NCBI GenBank assembly: GCA_963754985.1
Contig: CAVWIJ010000001.1
Coordinates: forward strand, 17,217 to 81,216
Length of the DNA: 64,000 nt
Direction of reading: 5' to 3'
DNA from: an uncultured Holophagae bacterium
GTDB taxonomy: Bacteria; Acidobacteriota; Thermoanaerobaculia; Thermoanaerobaculales; Sulfomarinibacteraceae
Positions within the stretch are counted from its first letter, which is position 1, and each line of letters opens with the position of its first letter. The notes beneath the pieces are model-generated. The model was not told the origin of the DNA. It worked only from the letters and a program-made list of their open reading frames with translations, and searched no databases. The position numbers and the translations under genes were made by a program. Below, piece after piece: positions 39,766 to 48,604 of the stretch.

Positions 39766-42130
39766 TCAAGGGGGAAGTGACAGGTAAGAGGTGAGAGGTG
39801 ACAAATGACCGCAGAATCGGGGGTGGTGCGAGTGCCTGGAGCCGATCGCTGGTCTCGAGCGTGCGATTGAAACTTTTGATCTACAACGACTTATCGTCTG
39901 CCGCCCAGGCTTGCGTCTGGGCTTCGGCTTCGCGCCGCTGGCACCCCTGGCCTCGCCGACCGGCACGAGCTCGATCCGCAGCTCGCCGGCATCGGCGCCG
40001 ACCAGCTGCACCCGGATCCGATCGCCGAGCCGCCACACCCGCCGGTTGCGCTCCCCGACCAGCCGGTGCCGCCCCTCCTCGAAGTGGTAGAAGTCGTCGA
40101 TGAGCTCCGAGATGTGGACCAGCCCGTCGACCATGAACTCGTCGATCTGGACGAAGAGCCCGGCCTCGGTGACGCCGGAAACCGTGCCGTCGAAGCTCTC
40201 CCCCACCCGCCCCTCCAGGTAGTGGACCGTCTTCCACAGCACCGCCATCCGCTCCGCCGCCTCGGCCCGCCGCTCGGTGGTCGAGCAGCTCTCGCCGAGC
40301 CCGGCCAGCTCGAGCTCGGTCCGCTCTCGCTCGGCGCCGGCCACCGCCCGGCCCTCCGATCGCAGCCGCCGCAGCATGCGGTGCACGACGAGGTCCGGGT
40401 AGCGCCGGATCGGCGAGGTGAAGTGGAGGTAGGCGTCGGCCGCCAGCGCGTAGTGGCCGCGCGCGTCCGAGCTGTAGACCGCGCGCGCCATCGCCCGCAG
40501 CACCAGCATCGACACCAGCCGCTCCTCGGGACGGCCGGCCACCGCGGCCAGCACTCTCTGCAGCTCGATCGGAGGCAGCTCCTCGTCGGTGCCCTCCATC
40601 CTCAGCCCGAGCTCGGCCAGGGTCTCCCGCAGCGCCTTCACCCGGTCCGGGTCAGGCCGGTCGTGGACACGGTGCAGCGCCGGCTGGTCGGCGTCGAGCA
40701 GCATCCGGGCCACGCAGCGGTTGGCGGCCACCATCAGCTCCTCGATCAGCCGGTGCGCCTGGTTGCGCGCGCTCGGCCGCACCGCGGTCACCCGCCCCTC
40801 GGGGTCGAGCAGGATCTCGGGCTCGGCGAGCTCGAAGTCGAGGCTGCCCTTCCGGTGGCGCTCCCGCCCCAGCCGCTCCGCCGCCTCGGCCAGCAGCTCG
40901 AGCGAGTCCGCGAACTCCCCGACACTCCACCGGCCAGCGCTGGCGCGGCAAGGAGAGCCACCCGAAAACCTCCGCGTAGGTGCAGCGCCGGCGCGAGCGG
41001 ATCACCGACGGCGACGCCTCGGCGTGACGGATCGAGCCGTCGCGAGCCACCACGAAGCGCACCGTGTAGGCGAGCCGGTCCTCACCCTCGGCGAGGGTGC
41101 ACAGGTCGCTCGACACCCGCTCCGGCAGCATCGGCACGCAGCGTCCCGGCAGGTAGACGGAGGTGCCGCGCTCGCGCGCCTCCGCGTCGAGCTCGCTGCC
41201 CTTCCGCACGAAGTGCGACACGTCGGCGATGTGCACCTCGACCTCGATGTCGCCGCCCTTGCCCGGCGCCGCGTTCACCGCGTCGTCGAAGTCGCGCGCG
41301 TCCACGGGGTCGATGGTGATCGCCGGCCGGTCGCGCAGGTCCCAGCGCCCGGCCAGCACCTCGCCGCCAATCTCGTCCGGCAGTCGCTCGGCCTCCTCGA
41401 GTACTGCCTCGGGAAACTCGACCGGGATGCCGTGCGTCCGCAGCACCACGAGCTCCTCGATCCCAGGGTCGCCGAGCCGGCCGAGCCGCTCGAGCAGGAC
41501 GCCGCGAGCGCGCTGCCCGCGCGCCGACAGCGACTCCACCGACGCGACCAAGTAGTCTCCGTGACGCGGCTCCTCGGCGAGGCGCGACCCGGTCGGCACC
41601 AGCACGAAGCGCAGCCGGCGGTCGATCGGCTTCAGGCAGGGACGGCCGCGGTCCGCGACCCAGCGGCCGACCACCTCCTCGAGCCGGCGCTCGACCACCC
41701 GGACCACCACGCCCTCGCGCAGCCCTTCGGCGCGTGCCCGCCGCCGCGCCGACTCGAGCTGCACCAGCACCCGATCGCCGTCGAGCGCCCCGCGCAGGTG
41801 ATGGGCGTCGATGCGGATCGGCTTGGCCCGGGCGTCCGCCTCGCGCACCAGCGCGAAGCCCGCCGGCTGGCGTCGCAGCACGCCCGGGATCAGCTCCGAC
41901 GCGCCCGCCACCACGAAACGCTGGCCGCGGCCTTCGATCACCCGACCATCGCGGACCAGCTCGCGCAGGCTCTCGCGCAACAGCGTTCGCACCTCGGAGC
42001 GCCCAATCCCGAGCTCGTCGACAACCGCGGCCACCAGCATGCGCAGCGTGATCCCGCGTTGCCCGCGCTCCCGGATCAGCCTCAGGATGTTGCCCGGGCT
42101 CGTGACATCGAAGACCTGTTTGTCGTCCAT
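39766..42130 (-). CDS. rnr: Ribonuclease R, one frameshift near 40930
   Basis: Contains ITIDPVDARDFDDAV (RNB), LYLPGRCVPMLP, ARNQAHRLIEELMVAAN, HFTSPIRRYPDL, the S1 motif GTVSGVTEAGLFVQI, and a basic tail. Pieces are ORFs 40652..42304 and 39766..40791. Confidence 0.85.
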
Positions 42131-42204
42131 CGTCCCCCGACTATACGCCGCCCGGGGTTGACACCCCTTCCCCCCACGACCTACCATGCAACGCCCGCCT
42201 GGGT

Positions 42205-42291
42205 GCGAAAGTGGCGGAAGTGGTAGACGCGCAAGATTCAGGATCTTGTGCCCGCAAGGGCGTGGGGGTTCGAGTCCCCCCTTTCGCACCA
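42205..42291 (+). tRNA. tRNA-Leu, anticodon CAG, type II with long variable arm, CCA encoded
   Basis: Folded by hand. Acceptor GCGAAAG/CTTTCGC; anticodon stem CAAGA/TCTTG with loop TTCAGGA; variable arm GCCC-GCAA-GGGC; T arm GGGGG-TTCGAGT-CCCCC; then ACCA. Confidence 0.9.
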
Positions 42292-43375
42292 ACTCTCTGA
42301 TCAACCATCATCCGTCGACGCCAGCGTGGGGGTGGCTCGCGCGCTGCGCGCGCGGCGACCCGGCGGACTCTGCGGGCGGTTGTACGCCGCTCACCTCCCT
42401 CTCCGGTCGAGCTTCGCCCTCCCTGCGACCCCCCCGGCTACAACCGCATACCGCAGCCTCTCGCCGTGTGCGAGTCCCCCCTTTCGCACCAACTCTCTGA
42501 TCAACCATCGTCCTTCGACACCCGCGTGGGGGTGGCTCGCGCGCTGCGCGCGCGGCGACCCGGCGGACTCTGCGGGCGGTTGTACGGCGCTCACCTCCCT
42601 CTCCGGTCGGGCCTCGCCCTCCCTGCGACCCCCCCGGCTACAACCGCATACCGCAGCCTCTCGCCGTGTGCGAGTCCCCCCTTTCGCACCAACTCTCTGA
42701 TCAACCATCATCCGTCGACGCCAGCGTGGGGGTGGCTCGCTCGCTGCGCGCGCGGCGACCCGGCGGACTCTGCGGGCGGTTGTACGCCGCTCACCTCCCT
42801 CTCCGGTCGAGCTTCGCCCTCCCTGCGACCCCCCCGGCTACAACCGCATACCGCAGCCTCTCGCCGTGTGCGAGTCCCCCCTTTCGCACCAACTCTATGA
42901 TCAACCATCGTCCTTCGACACCCGCGTGGGGGTGGCTCGCGCGCTGCGCGCGCGGCGACCCGGCGGACTCTGCGGGCTGTTGTACGCCGCTCACCTCCCT
43001 CTCCGGTCGGGCCTCGCCCTCCCTGCGACCCCCCCGGCTACAACCCCATACCGCAGCCTCTCGCCGTGTGCGAGTCCCCCCTTTCGCACCAACTCTATGA
43101 TCAACCATCGTCCTTCGACACCCGCGTGGGGGTGGCTCGCGCGCTGCGCGCGCGGCGACCCGGCGGACTCTGCGGGCTGTTGTACGCCGCTCACCTCCCT
43201 CTCCGGTCGGGCCTCGCCCTCCCTGCGACCCCCCCGGCTACAACCGCATTCCGCAGCCTCTCGCCGTGTGCGAGTCCCCCCTTTCGCACCAACTCTCTGA
43301 TCAACCATCGTCCTTCGACACCCGCGTGGGGGTGGCTCGCGCGCTGCGCGCGCGGCGACCCGGCGGCGCTGGCGG
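42271..43375 (+). repeat. Tandem array of 200-bp units, each ending with the 21-nt 3' end of tRNA-Leu (5 full units plus a partial one)
   Basis: CGAGTCCCCCCTTTCGCACCA occurs at 42271 (the genuine tRNA), 42471, 42671, 42871, 43071 and 43271. Two unit variants are ordered A-B-A-B-B-partial. Confidence 0.95.
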
Positions 43376-43411
43376 GCGCGGCCTGTTGAGTTCTGGGCTG
43401 ACCCTCGTAAG

Positions 43412-44035
43412 ATGGCAGACCGACAAACACAGAGTCGGGATGGTGCCACCGTGAAAAATGATCACTCCCTTTTGGTCTGGGTCCTCGATCAAACCCTGGG
43501 GTTGCTCCTGAGCTCCGCGAGAACTGCCGAGCAGGAGGAGGCAGTCAAGGAACTCCGTACGCTCGCGTTGCTGCCAAAGCCGGACAAGTCAAAGCTCGAG
43601 TCGCTCGTGCATCGACTGGAGACGATGGTCTCGACCAAACCAGAGCCCATGCGAACAGAGCGCACCCTGAAACGTGCAGGAGTCATAGAGTCACGCCCTG
43701 TTCGCATAACCCTTGACCGTGAGTTGAACAGGCTGATTGAGTCCATCGGGAAGAAGTCAGCCGCGAGAAGAACTCCTGGCAAGAAGGCCGCGGTGAAGAA
43801 GACCGCCGTCAAGGCCCGCGCGAAAAAGACCACCACCAAGGCTGGCGGGAGAAAGGCCGCCGTACGGCCTGGCAGGATGAAAACCGCCGCAGAGGTTGGC
43901 GCGAAAAAGACCGCCGTCAAGGGCGGCGGGAAGAAGACCGCAGCCCTGGCTCCAAGGAAGAAGACCGCCAAGAGAGACGGCGGCAAGAAGACCGCCGCCG
44001 TCAAGAGTGTCCACAGAAAGACGACGCGAGCATGA
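43412..44035 (+). CDS. Histone H1-like / Lys-Ala-rich nucleoid-associated protein
   Basis: An N-terminal globular part is followed by a KKTA(V/A)K-type repeat tail (GKKAAVKKTAVKARAKKTTTKAGGRKAAV...GGKKTAAVKS). Local GC is visibly lower than the flanks. Confidence 0.6.
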   Translation: MADRQTQSRDGATVKNDHSLLVWVLDQTLGLLLSSARTAEQEEAVKELRTLALLPKPDKSKLESLVHRLETMVSTKPEPMRTERTLKRAGVIESRPVRITLDRELNRLIESIGKKSAARRTPGKKAAVKKTAVKARAKKTTTKAGGRKAAVRPGRMKTAAEVGAKKTAVKGGGKKTAALAPRKKTAKRDGGKKTAAVKSVHRKTTRA

Positions 44036-44246
44036 GTGCCTTGCGCAAGAACCTGAGCTGACGCTTCACTCGAGTGAAAAGGCGGTGCCAGGCACCGATT
44101 TCCGTACTTGCGTGTTCGCGCACAACGGGTGCACCGCCCCCTGATTCGCTGCTTGAAACGTCGTCGCCCACGCCCGCCGGATGTCGCGACGGCGGGGAGA
44201 TGCCGGCGCAACCCGCGCCAGCGAGGTGGCGCGCTGGGGGGTGCGG

Positions 44247-44603
44247 TCAGTCCAGGTCGAGCTGCACGCGGAGCGCGGCCCGCACCGCCGCCCGCAGCTC
44301 CTCATCATCAACCCTGCCGAGGAGGGAGCCCAATCGGCGTATCGAGACGGCGCGGATCTGGTGCGCCATCACCACCGAGTCGCGATCGAGACCCGCGGTC
44401 CCTGCCGGCAGCAGGACCTCGTTGGGATAGACCCGCCGCCCCTTGCGATGTGAGGTCAGCGGCAACGCCGTCACCACCGGAAGCGCCAGGTTGGCGACCT
44501 CGCGCGAGATGACCAGCACCGGCCGCCGCCCCGCCTGCTCCGACCCCACCGCCGGATCCAGATCAACCACGAATACCGACCACTGGTACGGAGGCCCGCT
44601 CAC
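44247..44603 (-). CDS. mazF: MazF/PemK family endoribonuclease toxin
   Basis: Contains VFVVDLDPAVGSEQAGRRPVLVISREV and VMAHQIRAVSIRRL. It overlaps the upstream antitoxin stop by 4 nt. Confidence 0.85.
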   Translation of the reverse strand: MSGPPYQWSVFVVDLDPAVGSEQAGRRPVLVISREVANLALPVVTALPLTSHRKGRRVYPNEVLLPAGTAGLDRDSVVMAHQIRAVSIRRLGSLLGRVDDEELRAAVRAALRVQLDLD

Positions 44604-44866
44604 CGCGAGCCCTCCAGATCCACGTCCGCGTCGCGGAAGTCCCGCATCACCGCCTCGACGTCCTCGAGGAAGGTGGGGTCCGAGGCCGCCTCGCGGAACG
44701 CCTCCGCCAGGCGCTGCTCACGAGCCCGCCGCAGACCCTCCTCCAGCGCCCGCTCCACGAAGGCGCTGTACGACGGCGCCGCTCCCTCCCGCACCACCGC
44801 TCGGATCTCGTCGACGAGCTCCTCCGGCAGAGAGTAGGTGACCTTCTTGACCGGCCGCGTTGCCAT
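44600..44866 (-). CDS. Ribbon-helix-helix (CopG-like) antitoxin
   Basis: MATRPVKKVTYSLPEELVDEIRAVV follows a GGGAGG RBS. It is paired with the MazF gene. Confidence 0.8.
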   Translation of the reverse strand: MATRPVKKVTYSLPEELVDEIRAVVREGAAPSYSAFVERALEEGLRRAREQRLAEAFREAASDPTFLEDVEAVMRDFRDADVDLEGSR

Positions 44867-45007
44867 GATGCCTCCCAACACTCGCGCTTATTGTAGAGAT
44901 GGATGGCAGAAAATACCATACGATTTCGCCATAATCGACCTCGGTGGACCCATCTGCCAGCGTGTCTCCTTACGCTCCTTGCTGCTGACAAGGGAAGGCC
45001 CGTAGCC

Positions 45008-45787
45008 ATGTCGAGCCTCGCCGACGACCGGGTGCGCATCATCGCCGACGACCGCGAGCAGACCGCCGGCGTCATCGAGGTCCTGAACGCCATGGCGGAC
45101 GTTGAGCTCTGCATCGAGCGCCTGAGCCTTGGCGACTACGCGGTGGAGAGCGGTCTCCTCGTCGAGCGCAAGACCGTGCTCGACCTCGGGCTCTCCATCT
45201 TCGACGGCCGGTTGTTCCGGCAAGTCAGTTGTCTCGCGCGGGCGCCCGCGACGCGGCCCTGCCTCATCGTCGAGGGCGCCACCGAGGACTTCGACCGAGC
45301 CGCCGTATCTCGCCTCTCCTTGCAGGGCGCACTCATCACGGCCACTCTCGTGTTTGGCTTGCCTGTCCTGTACTCGAGCGGCCCGGTCGAGACCGCCCGT
45401 CTGCTCCGGATCGCCGCCCGCCAGCTCCGCCGGCGACAGGCGAGAGGCCCGGAACGGTTCTGCTCGAAGACCGGCTCCGACCGTCGCCTTCGGATGCTCA
45501 TGCTGGAGGCCGTTCCCGACATCGGTCCGGTGCGCGCGGAGGCCCTCGTCGACGCCTTCGGGACTATCGAGGCCATCGCCACGGCCAGTGTGAGAGATCT
45601 CGCGACGACGGCCGGTATCGGCCCGGTGATCGCTGAGCGCCTCAAGCGCATTGTGTGCGGCGGCGAGCGTTCCGACCGCGCACGGCAGCTCGATCGACAG
45701 CTCAAGACCGCCTACTCAAAGGACGGCGACGAGAGCGCCGAGCGGGCCGCCGAGTGGGAGCCTGTTGACCCGGCGATCGACGAATAG
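45008..45787 (+). CDS. ERCC4 (XPF/Mus81-type) nuclease domain protein with a C-terminal (HhH)2
   Basis: Contains the GDx(n)ERKxxxD motif (LGDYAVESGLLVERKTVLDL) and the HhH region LEAVPDIGPVRAEALVDAFGTIEAIATASVRDLATTAGIGPVIAERL. Confidence 0.75.
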   Translation: MSSLADDRVRIIADDREQTAGVIEVLNAMADVELCIERLSLGDYAVESGLLVERKTVLDLGLSIFDGRLFRQVSCLARAPATRPCLIVEGATEDFDRAAVSRLSLQGALITATLVFGLPVLYSSGPVETARLLRIAARQLRRRQARGPERFCSKTGSDRRLRMLMLEAVPDIGPVRAEALVDAFGTIEAIATASVRDLATTAGIGPVIAERLKRIVCGGERSDRARQLDRQLKTAYSKDGDESAERAAEWEPVDPAIDE

Positions 45788-45950
45788 CGAGCGGGATTCG
45801 CTACGGAGGGGGTGAATGTCCTCCGTGCGCTGGCCCAGCCTGGAGGCGACGGTCGTGTGGCGTGAGCTTCCAGCTCGCGATCTCTGCGTGCTCCCAAATC
45901 CGCCCGAGTCCCAGCAAGCTCCTGACCTCCCCACTTTGCCATTCACGTCT

Positions 45951-45967
45951 TGAATGATTATCATTCA
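45951..45967. promoter_or_regulatory. Perfect palindrome TGAATGAT-T-ATCATTCA at the start of the AAA ATPase gene
   Basis: Direct reading in an AT-rich spot. It overlaps the first in-frame ATG (45954), so the true start may be ATG 45972. Confidence 0.35.
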
Positions 45968-47195
45968 TGGCATGGATACAACCGTACTTCCTCGCCTTTT
46001 GGCTCCTGCTCTTGCTGACCGCCTGCGCGTGATGCCCGCCGTGGTGGTGATTGGGGCGCGGCAGACCGGCAAGAGCACCCTCGCACAGCAGCTGGCGCCA
46101 GGCCGCAGGCGCTTCCTCTCGCTGGACGACTTGGACGTGGTGGATGCCGCACGGCGTGATCCTGACATGCTCGTTGGCGGCGCCCAGCCGGTCACTCTGG
46201 ACGAGGTGCAGCGTGAGCCCGATCTGCTGCATGCCGTGAAGCGCGCCATCGACCGGCGCCGTCGCCCGGGCCAGTTCCTTCTCACCGGATCGGCCAACCT
46301 ACTCCTCATGCGCCAGGTCTCAGAGTCGCTCGCGGGTCGGGCGAGCTATCTGACCCTCTGGCCCATGACGAGACGCGAGCAGCTGGGTTTGGGACGATGC
46401 GGTGTCTGGGAGGAGCTGCTCGAGGCTCCCGACAGCGACTGGTTCAACCTCCTCGCGGAGCAACCAAAGGAAGCCACGGACTGGCGAGCGCTGGCGCGTC
46501 GTGGCGGCTTCCCGACCCCGGCCATCCATCTGAGCACGCCGCCTGATCGCGCAGTCTGGTTCGACGGATTTGTGCGGACGTACCTGGAGCGCGATCTGCA
46601 GGAGCTGTCCTCGATTGCCGCGCTGCCCGACTTCCGTCGCCTGATGCGTGCCGCATGTCTGCGCCTCGGCCAGCTCGTCAACCAGACCGAGCTCGGACGT
46701 GAAGTCGCGCTGCCGCAACCGACGGTCCACCGCTACCTCAATCTGCTCGTAACCTCTCTCCTTCTGGTGCGGCTGCCGGCCTATGCCGTGAACCGCACCA
46801 AGCGGCTCATCAAGTCACCAAAGCTCTACTGGGGTGACACCGGCGTGGCGCTGCATCTTGCTGGGAAAGTTGAGCCTTCCGGACCTCATCTCGAGAACCT
46901 CGTGCTCTTGGACCTTCTGGCCTGGCGCGACTCCCGTCTCGATCTCGCCGACGTGCTCCACTGGCGGACCGCGACCGGCGAAGAGGTCGACCTGGTGATC
47001 GAGGCTGGCGGCCGCCTGCTACCGATCGAGGTCAAGGCGACAAGCCGACCTCGCCTGGCAGACGCGGCAGATCTGCGAGCCTTCCGCGCGGAGTACGGCA
47101 ACCAGGCCCGACCCGGCCTGCTGCTGCACACCGGCACCGCGCTGGAGTGGATCGCGCCCGACGTCCTGGCCGCCCCGTGGTGGATGGTCCTGTAG
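45954..47195 (+). CDS. AAA-family ATPase with a DUF4143-type C-terminal domain
   Basis: Walker A is VVVIGARQTGKSTL. The length and the C-terminal block EVDLVIEAGGRLLPIEVKA are typical of AAA_14/DUF4143 proteins. Confidence 0.8.
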   Translation: MIIIHGMDTTVLPRLLAPALADRLRVMPAVVVIGARQTGKSTLAQQLAPGRRRFLSLDDLDVVDAARRDPDMLVGGAQPVTLDEVQREPDLLHAVKRAIDRRRRPGQFLLTGSANLLLMRQVSESLAGRASYLTLWPMTRREQLGLGRCGVWEELLEAPDSDWFNLLAEQPKEATDWRALARRGGFPTPAIHLSTPPDRAVWFDGFVRTYLERDLQELSSIAALPDFRRLMRAACLRLGQLVNQTELGREVALPQPTVHRYLNLLVTSLLLVRLPAYAVNRTKRLIKSPKLYWGDTGVALHLAGKVEPSGPHLENLVLLDLLAWRDSRLDLADVLHWRTATGEEVDLVIEAGGRLLPIEVKATSRPRLADAADLRAFRAEYGNQARPGLLLHTGTALEWIAPDVLAAPWWMVL

Positions 47196-47311
47196 CGCTT
47201 CACCCGCGTCCACGCACCGTGGCTCAGCCGGCCCGGCCGCGTGGGGCGCTCGGCGGCCGCCACGATCTTCGACCCCCGACGCCATCGACCGCGGCGCCTC
47301 CACGGAGACCT

Positions 47312-47475
47312 GAGGAGATTCCTCGACTCGTCGCCGCCTCGCGGCTCCTCGCTCGGAATGACAGTGTTGTTTGGGTCATCCCGAGCGTGGCCTCCGCCTC
47401 CCGTCATCCCGAGCAAGGCATCCTCTCTCCTGTCATCCCGAGCGAGCGGCAGAGCCGCGAGTCGAGGGATCCCCT
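47312..47475. repeat. Composite of GTCATCCCGAGCGAG..CGAGTCGAGGGATC hairpin modules in both orientations
   Basis: GAGATTCCTCGACTCG..CTCGCTCGGAATGACAG is followed by three TCATCCCGAGC modules. The same composite is seen at 51471-51610 and 56027-56215. Confidence 0.8.
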
Positions 47476-47692
47476 CAGGCGTGGAAGCACATGCGCGACT
47501 CCACGGTTGCTGTGACGGCTCGACGCGCGTTCGCCGGTTCGCCGTCGGATGCTATGATTGAGACAGCCTGTGGGGACACGGCGTCGCTGGTGAGGCAGGT
47601 CGGTCGAAGCCGATCTGCGGCGTTGGCGTCGGATGGTCGATGACCGTTGCAGGCGGCACCGTCGCCTGCCCCCGCAGGACGAGAGAGGAGCC

Positions 47693-48604
47693 ATGGCGCT
47701 GGATCGCCGCGAGCTGCTGGGATGGCTCGGCTGCGCCGCCACGAGCTGCGTGGTGGCGCGTGACGCAGAGGGCGCTCACTCGACCGGCCCCGACCAGGAC
47801 CCCTACGCGGTTCTCGTCGACACCACCACCTGCATCGGGTGCCGCAAGTGCGAGTGGGCCTGCAACCAGGCGAACGGTCTTCCCGCCGAGCCCCTCGAGA
47901 GCTTCGAGAACAAGGCCATCTTCGCGACCATGCGCCGGCCGGATGCGGGCCACTACACCGTGGTCAACCGCTTCGGCGGCTCGGGCGGTGGCGACCCGCT
48001 CAGGTACGTGAAGGTCCAGTGCATGCACTGCATCGAACCAACGTGCTACTCGGCCTGCCTGGTGACCGCCTTCACCAGGCATGACGACGGCGCCGTCACC
48101 TACGACGCGTCGCGCTGCATGGGCTGCCGGTACTGCATGGTTTCCTGCCCGTTCCAGGTCCCCGCCTACGAGTACTCGAACCCGCTGACGCCGCAGGTGC
48201 GCAAGTGCAGCTTCTGCCACAACAGGGTGTCCGAGGAAGGCAAGGCCCCGGCCTGCGTCGAGGTCTGTCCTCCCCAGTGCCTCTCCTTCGGGCGCCGCGG
48301 CGAGCTGCTCGAGCTCGCTCACCGCCGCATCGCCGAGGGCCGGGGGCGCTACGTCGACCAGGTCTATGGCGAGCACGAGGTGGGCGGCACCTGCTGGCTC
48401 TACCTGTCGAGCGTGCCCTTCGCCGAGATCGGGTTTCCGCGGCTCGGCAGCGAGCCGCCGGCGCGCATCACCGAGGGCATCCAGCACGGCGTTTTCAAGC
48501 TCTTCTTGCCGCCGATCGCTCTGTTCACTCTGCTCGGCGCCGCCATGCACTTGCTCCGCCCGGAGGATGGTTCGGCCGATGCCGACAGCGGAGGCGCGCC
48601 GTGA
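47693..48604 (+). CDS. Tat-exported 4Fe-4S ferredoxin-type subunit (HybA/HmcB/DsrO-like) with a C-terminal TM helix
   Basis: The twin-arginine leader is MALDRRELLGWLG. Cys clusters are CIGCRKCEWAC, CMHCIEPTCYSAC, CMGCRYCMVSC and CSFC...CVEVCP. The TM helix is VFKLFLPPIALFTLLGAAM. Confidence 0.85.
   Translation: MALDRRELLGWLGCAATSCVVARDAEGAHSTGPDQDPYAVLVDTTTCIGCRKCEWACNQANGLPAEPLESFENKAIFATMRRPDAGHYTVVNRFGGSGGGDPLRYVKVQCMHCIEPTCYSACLVTAFTRHDDGAVTYDASRCMGCRYCMVSCPFQVPAYEYSNPLTPQVRKCSFCHNRVSEEGKAPACVEVCPPQCLSFGRRGELLELAHRRIAEGRGRYVDQVYGEHEVGGTCWLYLSSVPFAEIGFPRLGSEPPARITEGIQHGVFKLFLPPIALFTLLGAAMHLLRPEDGSADADSGGAP

Noticed and set aside
42471-43291. Additional tRNA genes or pseudo-tRNAs at each repeat
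   Set aside because: Only the last 21 nt (from the T-loop through CCA) are duplicated. The 5' acceptor strand, D arm, anticodon arm and the GGGGG side of the T stem are all absent, so no cloverleaf can form.
42248-43454. A staggered series of 144-aa ORFs on both strands across the tRNA-linked array
   Set aside because: The repeat period is 200 bp, which is not a multiple of 3, so these ORFs are the same DNA read in rotating frames. The translations are Pro/Arg/Ala-rich, and there is no start/RBS context.
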